From Felis catus (Eukaryota), in the NCBI RefSeq assembly GCF_018350175.1, contig NC_058381.1, forward strand, positions 41,106,001 through 41,170,000: a stretch of 64,000 nucleotides of DNA. Reading direction: 5' to 3'. The translations under genes and the position numbers were made by a program. The notes under the pieces were generated by a model. It was not told the origin of the DNA. It saw only the letters and a list, made by a program, of their open reading frames with translations, and ran no database searches. Shown piece by piece: positions 33,101 through 48,199 of the stretch; positions within the stretch are counted from its first letter, which is position 1; every line of letters begins with the position of its first letter.

Positions 33101-35966
33101 TTTGTCAGACAAGGCTCAGTGCTGGGTCCTGGGGATGCAGCGACAAAGGCGCGCGCTGCGCTCTGCTCCTGCTGGGTGACAGGTTGACAGGGGGAGACAG
33201 GGCAGGGATAAGGGCGGGAATACACATGGGCCCACTTCTCTGTCTGGGCCGCCTCTGCGGGGAAGCCAGGGCTCAGCACTGGGCCAGATCTCGAAAAGCT
33301 GAATGTTGCTTGTTTCAGCCCGTGGGAGGGGGAGAGACAGCAGAAGCTTTTCCAGATGAGGTGAAACTCAAAGGAATAACCAGCTAGATAAGCAGGGAGG
33401 GAGGAGGAAAGGACTCCGGCCACAAGGCACAGCATGTGCAAAGGCACAGAGGCAGGAGAAACTGGGATGGGTTCCAGGAACTGCAGAGAAGCTAGTGAGC
33501 TGGCCGCGGATACCACATCAGCCTCCGGTAAATGTCTGGATTGCCCCCCGCCACTAGGGTGTTCCCTCAGGTCAATGTCACCCAGCTGGGCAGCTGGGGA
33601 CACTTCAACTGCTCCTACTCCTGCTCCTTCCTCCTGGCTCCGGAAGATCCTCTATTCCCTATTATTGGGAGCCTCTTCCTGCGGGAACTGACCAAAGAGT
33701 TTGGCACGGACCACATCTACGGGGCCGACACTTTCAACGAGATGCAGCCCCCCTCCTCGGAGCCCTCCTACCTTGCCTCAGCCACAGCCTCTGTCTACCA
33801 GGCCATGGTCACAGGTTCGGTGCCAGGGGGAGGTGGGAAGGGGAGGCGTGGCACAGCTCGGTGGGGTGGGAAAAGAGACTGGGAACAACACCGTCGCACT
33901 GACTCACATCACCTGATGGTCTACCAAGTACTTGTGCACACACACACCATCTCATTTAATCACACTGTGGTGGAGAGGTGAGCTCTGGAGCCAGACAGCC
34001 TGCTCCAGCCCTGGCGCTGCCACTTCCTCCCTGCCAGTGCCTCAGTTGCCTCGTCTGTAAAGTGAGGCTCCCTCGTAAGTAGAATGATGCCTGGCCCAGA
34101 GTAAAGTCACTAAGTGCTGGCCATTGAAAACGTTCTGTTTGGTCTCTGCCTCCGAGCTGAGGTAGGTAATACGGGCCAGAGGTTAGGGGATGTGTTCAAA
34201 GCCGGTGGATGCTCCTCCTGGGGCACAGATGTGAACCCAGTGCTCCTTCCTGCCACTTGCAGGGGTGGGGCAGAGAGGGGCCAGGTCGGGAATGGCCGGG
34301 GGGTAGGGGTGGGTGGGCTGTGTGTCAGCCAGGAAGGGAACCCGTTGGCTCCGGCTTCCTTGAGAGTGAGCGCCTGCTCCAAGCGTGATCCAGGACTGGC
34401 GGCATCAGCATCACCCCAGAGCCTGTCAGGTCTGCAGATTTCTCCTGAATCAGAATGACTTGCGCTTGGGCCCAGGAATCCGTTTTAGCCAGCCTTCTGG
34501 GTAATTCTGATGCTTCATAAAGCTGGACAACACTGGCCTGGAGCTTCTAGCTGGGAGGAGGAGCTTCTAGATGGGAAGGCTGTGTGGGATGCTGTGCCCC
34601 GTGGGCTGGGGGTGACGGGAAGGAGTGTCCCGTGATAGAGTCATTTAACTTCTCTGGACCTGTTTCCTCATCTGTAGAATGGGGTGAATGTTCCCCTGCC
34701 CCGTCTCCTCTCATCAGCCCTCTTCTCTGTCTCTCCACCCCTGCCCCAACCACAGTGGACCCTGACGCCGTGTGGCTGCTCCAAGGTTGGCTTTTCCAGC
34801 ACCAGCCCCAGTTCTGGGGGCCTGCCCAGGTGAGCGCCGTGCTGGGGGCCGTACCCCGTGGCCGCCTCTTGGTTCTGGACCTGTTTGCTGAGAGCCAGCC
34901 TGTGTACATCCGTACAGCCTCCTTCCAGGGCCAGCCCTTTATTTGGTGCATGCTGCATAACTTTGGGGGCAACCACGGTCTGTTCGGGGCCCTGGAGGCC
35001 GTGAACCGAGGTCCTGCCGCTGCCCGCCTCTTCCCCAATTCCACCATGGTAGGTACAGGCATGGCCCCGGAGGGTATTGGCCAGAACGAAGTGGTCTATG
35101 CCCTGATGGCGGAGCTGGGCTGGCGGAAGGACCCAGTGGCAGATTTGGAGGCCTGGGTGACTGGTTTTGCGGCCCGTCGGTATGGGGTCTCCCACGGAAA
35201 TACGGAGGCCGCCTGGAGGCTACTTCTCAGGAGCGTCTACAACTGCTCTGGTGAGGCCTGCACTGGGCACAATCGCAGCCCCCTGGTCAGGAGGCCGTCC
35301 CTGAAGATGACTACCACTGTCTGGTACAATCGATCAGATGTGTTTGAGGCCTGGCGGCTGCTGCTAACAACCACTCCCAGCCTGGCCACTAGCCCCACCT
35401 TCCGCTACGACCTGCTGGACGTCACTCGCCAGGCGGCCCAGGAGCTGGTCAGCTTGTACTATGGGGAGGCGAGGACGGCCTACCTGAACAAGGAGCTGGT
35501 TCCCCTGCTGAGGGCGGCGGGCATCCTGGTCTACGAGCTTCTGCCCTCGCTGGACAAGGTGCTGGCTAGTGACAGCCGCTTCCTGCTGGGCAGTTGGCTG
35601 GAGCAGGCTCGGGCAGCGGCCGTCAGTGAGGCCGAGGCCCATTTCTATGAGCAGAACAGCCGCTACCAGCTGACCCTGTGGGGGCCCGAGGGCAATATCC
35701 TGGACTACGCGAACAAGCAGCTGGCGGGGCTGGTGGCTGACTACTATACCCCGCGCTGGCGGCTCTTCATGGAGATGCTGGTGGAGAGCCTGGTCCGAGG
35801 CGTTCCCTTCCAACAGCACCAGTTTGACCAGAATGCCTTCCAGCTGGAGCAGACCTTTGTCCTCAGCACACAAAGGTATCCTAGCCAGCCCCACGGTGAC
35901 ACTGTGGACCTGGCCAAAAAGCTCTTCCTCAGATATTACCCCCGGTTGGTGGCTGGCTCCTTGTGA
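29571..35966 (+). CDS. NAGLU: Alpha-N-acetylglucosaminidase (GH89, lysosomal), 743 aa
   Basis: join(29571-29953,31295-31442,32161-32307,32495-32580,33558-33814,34756-35966) = 2232 nt with all GT-AG introns. Signal-peptide-like N-terminus. Catalytic-motif segments [10 protein letters not shown] and [10 protein letters not shown] are present. Confidence 0.98.
30120..30310 (+). mobile_element. MIR SINE in NAGLU intron 1
   Basis: gtgtccttgagcaagtcacttagccgctcagagcctcgg...ttgtgaggatt. Confidence 0.65.
34370..34535. mobile_element. MER5A-like hAT-Charlie DNA transposon remnant
   Basis: gcatcagcatcacc...cctgaatcagaa...gggcccaggaatc...ggtaattctgatgc. Confidence 0.6.
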
Positions 35967-36182
35967 CCGATTAACCACCCCCTGGGCGGCGTTCTTCCCG
36001 AATTCCGGGCCTGGGCAGGTTCCCAGGGCCTGGAGCTAGACAAGCATCACAGGAGGGCCCCAGGCCTGGGCAGAGGAACTCAAGGCCCACTGGGGGACCA
36101 AGCCTGGGAACTGCAGAGGGAGGTGAGCTGCTCTCCTCCCCCACTCCAAATTTGGGATCAAAGTACTGTTTTAATACGACTT

Positions 36183-36188
36183 AATAAA
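36183..36188 (+). terminator. NAGLU: NAGLU polyadenylation signal
   Basis: AATAAA about 215 nt after the stop codon. Confidence 0.8.
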
Positions 36189-36299
36189 CTGGTGAATCGC
36201 CTGGGCCTATCTGTCCAAACGTCACTACTGAGATGGCTGGGAGGACTCCCGGCTACAGCATGGACACTGGTGTGGATGCCATTTCCCTCTGCCCCCTTG

Positions 36300-36724
36300 C
36301 CTCAGCCTCCCTGTACATAATACTGACACCTGACCTTGGAACTGATAATGCCCTCCCCAAAATGTATACTTTCACACCCTCAGCAGCAAACTTTGGAACC
36401 TATCGTCCCTATGGGACAGAGGCACACACAGGGGAAGGGTCCCAGGGCTCAGTGCCCACAGGCGAGCCCACATCTGCTTGCAAACTTTGCCCTCCCTCTG
36501 GCCAGTAGCTGAAGAAGGGGTATGCCCAGGAGTGGCCTCAGCTCTGCTTTGACCAAGATAAAGGGTGGGGAGAGCAGGCCCCAGACTGGCGGGAGAGCTC
36601 AGCCTTGAGATTATGCTGGAGACACAACAAGGGGTGGGCATGCCCTAGGCGGGTCAGAGCAGGGGCTCTCGAGCTCAGAGACCCAAGCCTTGCATTCCCG
36701 GCGCCCCTCCGAGCTCCTCTCCCC
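36300..36724 (+). promoter_or_regulatory. HSD17B1: HSD17B1 proximal promoter with NR5A (SF-1/LRH-1)-type and GATA motifs
   Basis: TGACCTTGG at 36331-36339 (reverse complement CCAAGGTCA), TGATAA at 36343-36348, AGATAA at 36556-36561 followed by a GGGTGGGG box. Confidence 0.55.
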
Positions 36725-38507
36725 ATGGACCGCACTGTGGTGCTCATCACGGGCTGCTCCTCCGGCATCGGCCTGCACCTGGCTCTGCGTCTGGCATCCG
36801 ACCCCTCTCGGAGATTCAAAGGTATATGAGGGGCTGGGACAGAGAGAAAGGAGCAGTCGCTAGCCCAAGGAGACCCAGGTAGGGGTAAGCAGGGAATTCA
36901 GATCCTTGTCTTCTCCCTGAACCTCCAGTGTATGCCACGCTGCGGGACCTGAGGGCCCAGGGCCCGCTGCGGGAGGCGGCCCAGTCCCGAGGGTGCCCTC
37001 CTGGCTCCCTGGAGATGTTAGAGCTGGATGTGAGGGACGCAGATTCCGTGGCCGCTGCCCGGGCGCGCGTGACCGAGGGCCGCGTGGACGTGCTGGGTGA
37101 GCCTCTCCGCAGCACGTATGCAGGAGCCTTCCCCACCCTATGTCCAAACCAAAATGTCCTGAGGCCCCGGGAACTCAAGGGGACCGGCTGGGTCTGAGGA
37201 AGGCGAGGCAGGTGGGGTTCGGCGTCTCTTCCCGCAGTGTGTAATGCGGGCCGGGGCCTGCTCGGGCCGCTGGAGGTGCAGGAGGCTGGCGCCGTCGGGT
37301 CTGTGCTGGACGTGAACGTGGCAGGGACGGTGCGGACACTGCAGGCCTTCCTGCCGGACATGAAGCGCCGCCGCTCGGGACGCGTATTGGTGACGGGGAG
37401 CATGGGTGGCTTGATGGGTGCGTGGAATGGGGCAGGGCCAGCGGGAGGGGTGGGGCCTGGTGACAGTGCCAGGGGCTACAGTGGGCTCCGGGCGCCTCCA
37501 AAAGCTTCATCTCCCCTGGAAGGGCTGCCATTCAACGCCGTTTACTGCGCCAGCAAGTTTGCGATCGAAGGTCTATGCGAGAGTTTGGCGGTTCTGCTGC
37601 CGCCCTTCGGGGTCCAGTGAGTCACCGCCCCACCCCCAGAGCCCTCTGAACCCTGATTTTGGGAACCCCAGGACCCTGACCTGTTGGAGCCACTCTCACG
37701 CTGGTCCCTCTCCACTGCGGCTCACATTTGTTGTGTGCCAGGCGCAGTACTGGGCACTTGGCACTCGTTATCTCACTTCCGCCACCCAGCTGGGAAACGG
37801 AGGCCCAAAGAGGTTAGGTGACTGGCCCAAGGTCACACAGCCGAAGGGAGCCTGCCAGGTTAGAATTCTGACACACGGCTCCCTCACACTCCGGGGGGCC
37901 TTTCCCGCTGTAAGCCGCTTTTCAAGCGCTCCCGAGGCCCACGCGCAGACCCCTTCCCGCCCGCCCCGCCCGCCTAGTCCGGCTGCTTACTGCGCCCCCG
38001 CCCACCCGCCGCTCAATGCCCGCAGCGTGAGCCTCATCGAGTGCGGCCCGGTGCGCACCGCCTTTCAGGAGAAGCTGGAGGGCGGCCCGGGCGGAGCGCT
38101 GGACGGCGCGGACGCCGAGACCCGCGACCTCTTCTCCCGCTACCAGCGCCATTTGGAGCGGATCTTCCACGAGGCGGCGCAGGACCCGGAGGAGGTGACC
38201 GAGGTAGGCGCCGGGCGCGGCCCTGGGAGCACGGACGGCGCGTGGGGGTTGGCGGCCAGCCGGGGCCAAGCGCGTCCTCCCGCCGCCCCAGGTCTTCCTC
38301 GCCGCGCTGCGCGCCCCGCGCCCCGCGCTGCGCTACTTCAGCACGGAGCGCTTCCTGCCCCTGGTGCGCATGCGTGTCACCGACCCCAGCGGCCGCAGCT
38401 ACGTCGCCGCCATGCACCGCGCGGTGTTCGCCGACGAGCCCGCCGAGGAGTCCGCTGCCGACCTGGGCGGCCCCGCGCTCGGCGCTCCTCCCGCCGCCCC
38501 GCAATAA
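36725..38507 (+). CDS. HSD17B1: 17-beta-hydroxysteroid dehydrogenase type 1 (SDR family), 310 aa
   Basis: join(36725-36821,36929-37096,37238-37417,37523-37616,38026-38203,38292-38507) = 933 nt. TGCSSGIG cofactor motif, GS catalytic Ser, YCASK (YxxxK). Confidence 0.97.
37730..37880 (-). mobile_element. MIR SINE in HSD17B1 intron 4
   Basis: gggaaacggaggcccaaagaggttaggtgactggcccaaggtcacacagc core. Confidence 0.7.
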
Positions 38508-38508
38508 A
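38503..38508 (+). terminator. HSD17B1: HSD17B1 polyadenylation signal overlapping the stop codon
   Basis: CAA TAA AGG: AATAAA spans the last codon and the TAA stop. Confidence 0.7.
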
Positions 38509-39726
38509 GGCTTGGCCCGCCGCTGTCTGCCGCGCCCTCCTTTGCGACCCCAGGGGCGCGCGGTTCTGGTGGGGGCGGGGGGGGAAACGTGTGCGACAGG
38601 CGGCGCGTGCAGCGGGTGGGTGATCTGGAAAGACCGTGGCTAGCCCGGGTTATACCAACGCGGAAAGCGAGGCCCAGAAAGAGGAAGGAGCTAGCCCACC
38701 GAGGGGCAAGGTCGAGTGTGATTCCTGGATTCCCGCAGGGTGTCTGTAGCAAGAGTGAAGCGGACCTGGGAAGGAGGAGAGTCCTTTTGTGATTTGGCCC
38801 CCACTAGTCAGGAGACTTCAGGCAAGGGCGTTATCCTGAGTCTGTTCTCTTAACTGTAAAATGGGTATAAGACCTATGTTATGGGTTGTATGAAGGGTTG
38901 AGATAAATACTGGAAGTGCTGGGAAGGAGGTTTTAATAGCAGGCACCGCTATTACCGCTACTCTTAGTGGTGTTACTATTATGTGTTCGTGTGCAGAAGC
39001 CCGATGTGTAGAGAAGAAACAGGCCAAGTGAGTTATAAGGCTACAGCTCCACACATCCTCCTCCGTGTCCCCTGCCCTAGACAGAACTCAGCTGGCGGGA
39101 TCACCACCAGCCCAGAAGCTGCCACTCACCAGGAGGTTCAGCTAAGGATCCAGGGCAGGCTGGCCTGCCCAATGGGCTATCCTCCTTCCTGAAGCCAGGG
39201 GCAGAAGCCAGAGAAAGGGCTTGCAGGGTTGTGGGGTCAATTTCCTGCTAACTTCCCGAGAAGTAGTGTGCTGAAGAAGGGGTGAACAGGGAGGGTACTT
39301 GATGAGGAGGGTGCGGGTAGAGGACAGGGGTAGGGGTGCCTAAGAGATGGGGGAGAGGGAGGGAAATGACTACTTGGGATGGGCAGGGCCATGGCTACAG
39401 AGATCTTGGGAAGCCAGAATAGAGGGGAAACTGCTGGGGGGGTTGTTTGGAACCTGGGGGGAGGGGAAGGAGGTACAGCATCTGGACCTGCTACTACCTC
39501 CGGGTAGCCATCCACTCTGGGCGTTGGACTGCTGGCTACTCCTGGGACAGGGGGCCTCAGCCAGCTCATCCCTGCTGTCTCCCTGCCCTGCTGGCCCATA
39601 TGGTTCTGCTGTCCCTTCAGGATCCAGAAAGGCCACCGGAAGAGGAGAGGGCCAAGATGGCATGAATCTCTGAGACCTGCTCTCAGAGCCCAGCTCTTGT
39701 CCCCCAGTCTGTTCCTTTGCACCCCA

Positions 39727-39764
39727 GTGTGAGTGTGTGTGTGTGTGTCTGTGTGTGTGTGTGT
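39727..39764. repeat. Imperfect (TG)n microsatellite
   Basis: Read directly from the sequence. Confidence 0.9.
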
Positions 39765-39859
39765 ATGCATACACTCACAAGGTCGCACCCTGGGGTGGGG
39801 ATGCAATGATGAGAAAGGCAAAGTGTGACCCCTCCATGAATTTACATTCCAAATGTTTT

Positions 39860-40650
39860 TAAAGATTTTATTTTTTTAATTAAATTTAATTTTTTTAATG
39901 TTTATTTTGAGAGAGAGCGAGCGAGCCTGTGAGCAAGGGAGGGGCAGAGAGAGAGAATCTCAAGCAGGCTCCTTGCTATCAGCACAGAGCCCGACTTGGA
40001 GATAGGCGCTTGATCTCAGGAACCGTGAGATCACGACCTGAGCCGAAATAGAGAGTCAGACACTTAACCAACTGAGCCACCCAGGTGCCCCTAAGATTTT
40101 ATTTTTTTTTTTAATTTTTTTTTCCAACTTTTATTTTTATTTTTGGGACAGAGAGAGAGAGAGAGCATGAACGGGGGAGGGGCAGAGAGAGAGGAAGACA
40201 CAGAATCGGAGGCAGGCTCCAGGCTCTGAGCCATCAGCCCAGAGCCTGACGCGGGGCTCGAACTCACGGACCGCGAGATCGTGACCTGGCTGAAGTCAGA
40301 CGCTTAACCGACTGCGCCACCCAGGCGCCCCTAAGATTTTATTTTTAAGTAATCTCTGTACCCAACGTGGGGCTCGAACCGTCAACCTCAAGATCAGGAA
40401 TCACACACTCCACCAACCGAGCCAGCCAGGTGTCTCAATTACATTCATACTTTTTTTTTTTTTTAATGTTTATTTATTTATTTTTGAGGGGGAGAGAGAG
40501 AGAGAGTGAGAGGAAGACACAGAATCGGAAGCAGGCTCCAGGCTCTGAGCTGTCAGCACAGAGCCCGATGTGGGGCTCGAGCTCACAGACCACTAGATCA
40601 TGACCTAAGCCAAAGTCAGACGCCTAACTGACTGAGCCACCCAAGCGCCC
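39860..40650 (-). mobile_element. Stack of four minus-strand CAN-SINEs
   Basis: Reverse heads near 40090, 40329, 40433 and 40649. Recurrent TAAGATTTTATTTTT junctions. TSD ACATTCATACT around the last copy. Confidence 0.88.
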
Positions 40651-40679
40651 CACATTCATACTCTTAATAGTCTCCTGCA

Positions 40680-41680
40680 GTCCCATGACTTCGAGGACTG
40701 TTTATGCACCCGTGAACCTCACCAAAGTCTCCAATATCTCCAACTGTATTGCTTCCCCAAATTCCAGACACACATCAACTTCCTACTCAACAGCTCCACT
40801 TGATCCCTAATAAACTTAATGTGTCCAAATGCAAGTTCTGATTTCCAGATCTCCCACTGCTCCTGCCCCAGTCTTCCCCACTTCAGTACCCGACAACTCC
40901 ACTCTTCCTTCTTGCCCATCCCTCAACCAACGCATCAGCAAATACCTTCAGTCTTCAAAGACTGGAAGATATTTTGGAATACTCTGGAAATCACTCCGGT
41001 CTATGCACTCTGGTCTACCATCACCGCACCTGGATTATTGCAGCTGTTTCCTAACTGGTTGCCTTGATGCGACCCATGCCCACCAACTAAAATTTCCACA
41101 GAACAGCCAGAATGATCTTTTAAAAATGAAAGTTATTCCATGTCTGTGCTTAAAACACCTCCTGTGGCTTTCTAAGTAAAATCTGAGGCTTTTCTCCAAG
41201 ACCTCCAACACATTCTTTGATCTGGCCCCCACCTCCTTTCTGACCCTATCTTTCATCACTTACCATCATCTGATTCAGCCCTACTGGCTTTCTGCCCCAG
41301 GGCCTTTGAACTGGCTATTCCTTCTATCTGGTACAGTTTCCCTAATCTCTGATTCTTCTCTTCCTTCAGGTCTTTCCCTGGACGACCTTATTTAAAGTAG
41401 CATTCCCTACCCCCCCTCCCACGCCAGTTATAGTTCCCTTACCCTGTTTCATTTTTCTTCATAGCGCTTATCACCACTGGATGTGTCAAAGATTTATTTA
41501 TTGACCTGCTGACTTTATTGTTACACATTTATCTATAACTTTCACCACCCTATCCCAAGACACATAGGAACTTAAGCTCCAGGGCAGCTCGTTGGTTTGT
41601 TTTGTTCACTGGTTGATCCCTTATACCTAGAACCATTCCTGATCATGGGAGGCACTAAATCCACATTTACTGAATAAAAG
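40680..41680 (+). mobile_element. L2a-like LINE 3' fragment
   Basis: ctccacttgatccctaataaacttaatgtgtccaaa..., ending ...gggaggcactaaatccacatttactgaataaa. Confidence 0.75.
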
Positions 41681-41684
41681 TGAC

Positions 41685-42054
41685 TGTTGGTTCACAACCT
41701 ACAAGTTCCCTGGGTGAAATCTGAAACTGGCTCCCATACACAGAGGCCAAGGAGAGACCAAAGAAAGAGGCAGAGCACTCCAGATTGGGAGGTGGGGGTT
41801 TTAATTAGCAAGGGAACTGACATATGAGACTTGTCCTGGGCGGCTACAAGACAAGTGGGTCTCTGCACTTGCCCACCAGAATCTTAATAGTTTATGTAGA
41901 GGCCTTAAATAGGTTCCGCCACATATACCATCCAGATGGTCTCGACGACACATTGCTCTCTCAAAGCTACTGCTGTGGGCATAGTGTATACTAAGGACAG
42001 CCTTCAATTGCCCAGGGCCAGCTTGAGGGTCAGCTGTCACTCACATCTCCAACA
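41685..42054 (-). mobile_element. Solo endogenous retroviral LTR (370 bp; carnivore ERV family unassigned)
   Basis: Termini TGTTGG...CCAACA (perfect 6-bp inverted repeat). TSD GTGAC at 41680-41684 and 42055-42059. ATTAAA on the minus strand at 41801-41806. Confidence 0.8.
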
Positions 42055-42289
42055 GTGACTCTGTGAGATTGCGCCCAGGTGTTTCAGGGCATTTCCTGAG
42101 AGGCTGCAGTTTGCTTCTTCACGTGGGGTCCTCTCTTTAAAATCCAACCTAAGTTGTCTCCTGTCTGAAGCTGGCTTCAACGCCTTTGTGGCTCTATAAC
42201 TCTTCCAATCCTTGACTCCAGGGGCAGATCCAGGCTCTGTGGGGCCAGAGGCTTATACACCTTTGGGGCGTCTCTATTGATTTTATTTT

Positions 42290-42650
42290 CTTTTTTAAGA
42301 TTTTATTTTTAAGTAATCTCTACACCCAACGTGGGGATTCTAACTTACAGCCCTCAGATCAAGGGTCGCATGCTCCACCAGTTAAGCCAGCCAGGCGCCC
42401 CTTGGGACACCTCTTTAAGAATGCAAAAAAGGGGGCACCTGGGTGGCTCAGTCAGTTAAGTGTCGGAATCTTGATTTCGGCTCAGGTCACGATCTCATGG
42501 TATCTGGGTTCGAGCCCACATGTGGGGCTTCGAGCTGACAGCTCAGAGCCTGCCTCGAATTCTCTCTCTCTCCCTCTCCCTTTCTGCCTCTCCCTCACTG
42601 GTGCTCTCTCGCGCTTTCAAAAAAAAATAAATAAATAAACTTAAAGAATT
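42290..42650. mobile_element. Two CAN-SINEs (minus about 42290-42401, plus about 42430-42650)
   Basis: Head and tail motifs in divergent orientation. Confidence 0.85.
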
Positions 42651-43204
42651 TAAAAAACTCCATATAACTATGAAAATGAGAATTTGCTTAGTTTGGGGAA
42701 ATAAACCACAGCACGATACTGGAATCTTGGGAGATTGGTTTCCCTCCCTCTTGAGATCTCTGTGAACAATTTACTTGAAATATTTCCTGATGGCAACCTG
42801 GTTTCCTCTCTGCACGGAGACTACCGACTGCAGCCTTTCCAGCCCTATTGGCCTCACAGTAAACCCTTGACACCAGGTCTCCCTCCTTCCTCCCCTTCTC
42901 TCCTGTCTGAAGACCATCCTCTGGCAACTCTACCCAGCTGCCATGCAGAACTCTCCTCCTCCTCCCTCCCTCAAACTGGTTCTGAGTGGTGTGGAGAGCA
43001 TCCCACGGAGCCATAAGACCAGGCCTCTGTCATTACTTCCTCGTATGTCCTTGGAACATAGAGGGCCTCAGTTTCCCCAACTGTGAAATGGGGACTTGGA
43101 CAGAGTTGTCCTGTGGCTTCCCACAAGAGGATCCTTGGAGTGGATGGGCACCAGGAGGGTTCCAGGGACTCTGAGTCCTGGGGCTCCCACCTCCGTCCCT
43201 GTAA

Positions 43205-43428
43205 TTTATTTCTTTTAATGTTTATATTTATTTTGAGAGAGAGAGAGAGAGAGCGAGCGCGAGTGGGGAAAGGACAGAGAGAGAGAGGGAGAAAGAGAAT
43301 CCCAAGCAGGCTCCATCCACACGGTCAGCACGGATCCAGATGCGGGGCTTGAACTCACAAACCGTGAGATCATGACCTGAGCCAAAATCAAGAGTCCCAC
43401 GCTCAACCGACTGAGCCACCCAGGTGCT
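43205..43428 (-). mobile_element. CAN-SINE upstream of the COASY promoter
   Basis: T-rich tail, (GA)n and reverse head CCACCCAGGTGC. Confidence 0.88.
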
Positions 43429-43619
43429 ATGTCCTATAACTTACTAAGAGGAAACTCAGGTGTGTGTTCTGCCTTCGCCGCTATCTCCTGGGTAACCAGG
43501 CTGAAGCCATTCTCTGCTGTCAGGGTCAAAAGGGCATCCGTGAAACCGGCTTTCAGGTCCGCCTCGCCCTCCACCAACTGACCTGGGAATTGTTGAGATC
43601 TGGAAATAAATAGCTTCAC

Positions 43620-47540
<3,921 letters not shown>

Positions 47541-47854
47541 GGCCCATGGCTGACAATGCGTTCTCTGTGGGGCCACAGTGGCCCTGGAGCTGCCCAGAGA
47601 TTCAGCGGTGAGGAGGAATGGGGGCCTGGGTGCTCGTCCTAGCTTGGGCCTAGAGACTCTGAACCAGACTGGGAAGGGCAAGGCTGGGCCTGGTGGACAC
47701 AGGAAGTCTACCCAGCTTGCTGGTGTTTGGCCATCGCTGAGGATGCGACTCAGAGGGGAGCAGGCCCCTCTGGCATTTTGTGCCTACTCTTGCCCACAGT
47801 GTCTGTGAAACCTTTGGCCCACTGCGGCCAGGGCAAACACTGGAACTTGTAACA

Positions 47855-47860
47855 ATTAAA
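47855..47860 (+). terminator. COASY: COASY polyadenylation signal (ATTAAA)
   Basis: ATTAAA about 315 nt after the stop codon, followed by GT-rich sequence. Confidence 0.65.
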
Positions 47861-48199
47861 GGTGAATGTTGCCAGGTGCTGCCTGTATGTCTGCGTCCTG
47901 CCCCAATGCCTCTAGGTATCTTTCTTTGGAAGCCTTGAGCTGGAAGCCTGGAGTGCAGTGGTTCTGAGCATAGCTTTTGCAGCTAGCCAGATTGAGGTCA
48001 GCCTTGGCCCCATCGTTGACCAGCTGTCTGCTTTGGGAGAAGCTACAGACTTTATAGGTTCCTCGGTTTCTGTATCTGTGAAGAGGCTTAACTGGGCTAA
48101 TGGGCTCTTTGAAAGCGTTTCTTCCACTGGTCTCCTGCCAGGTACCAGGCTACGTGTTGGAGGACCGGCCTTCCATGAGCCAGGCGGGGCCTCCGGCCT

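Noticed and set aside
37418-38623. 401-aa ORF
   Set aside because: It runs through HSD17B1 introns and a MIR and shares frame only with exon 5. Explained by the known gene plus GC richness.
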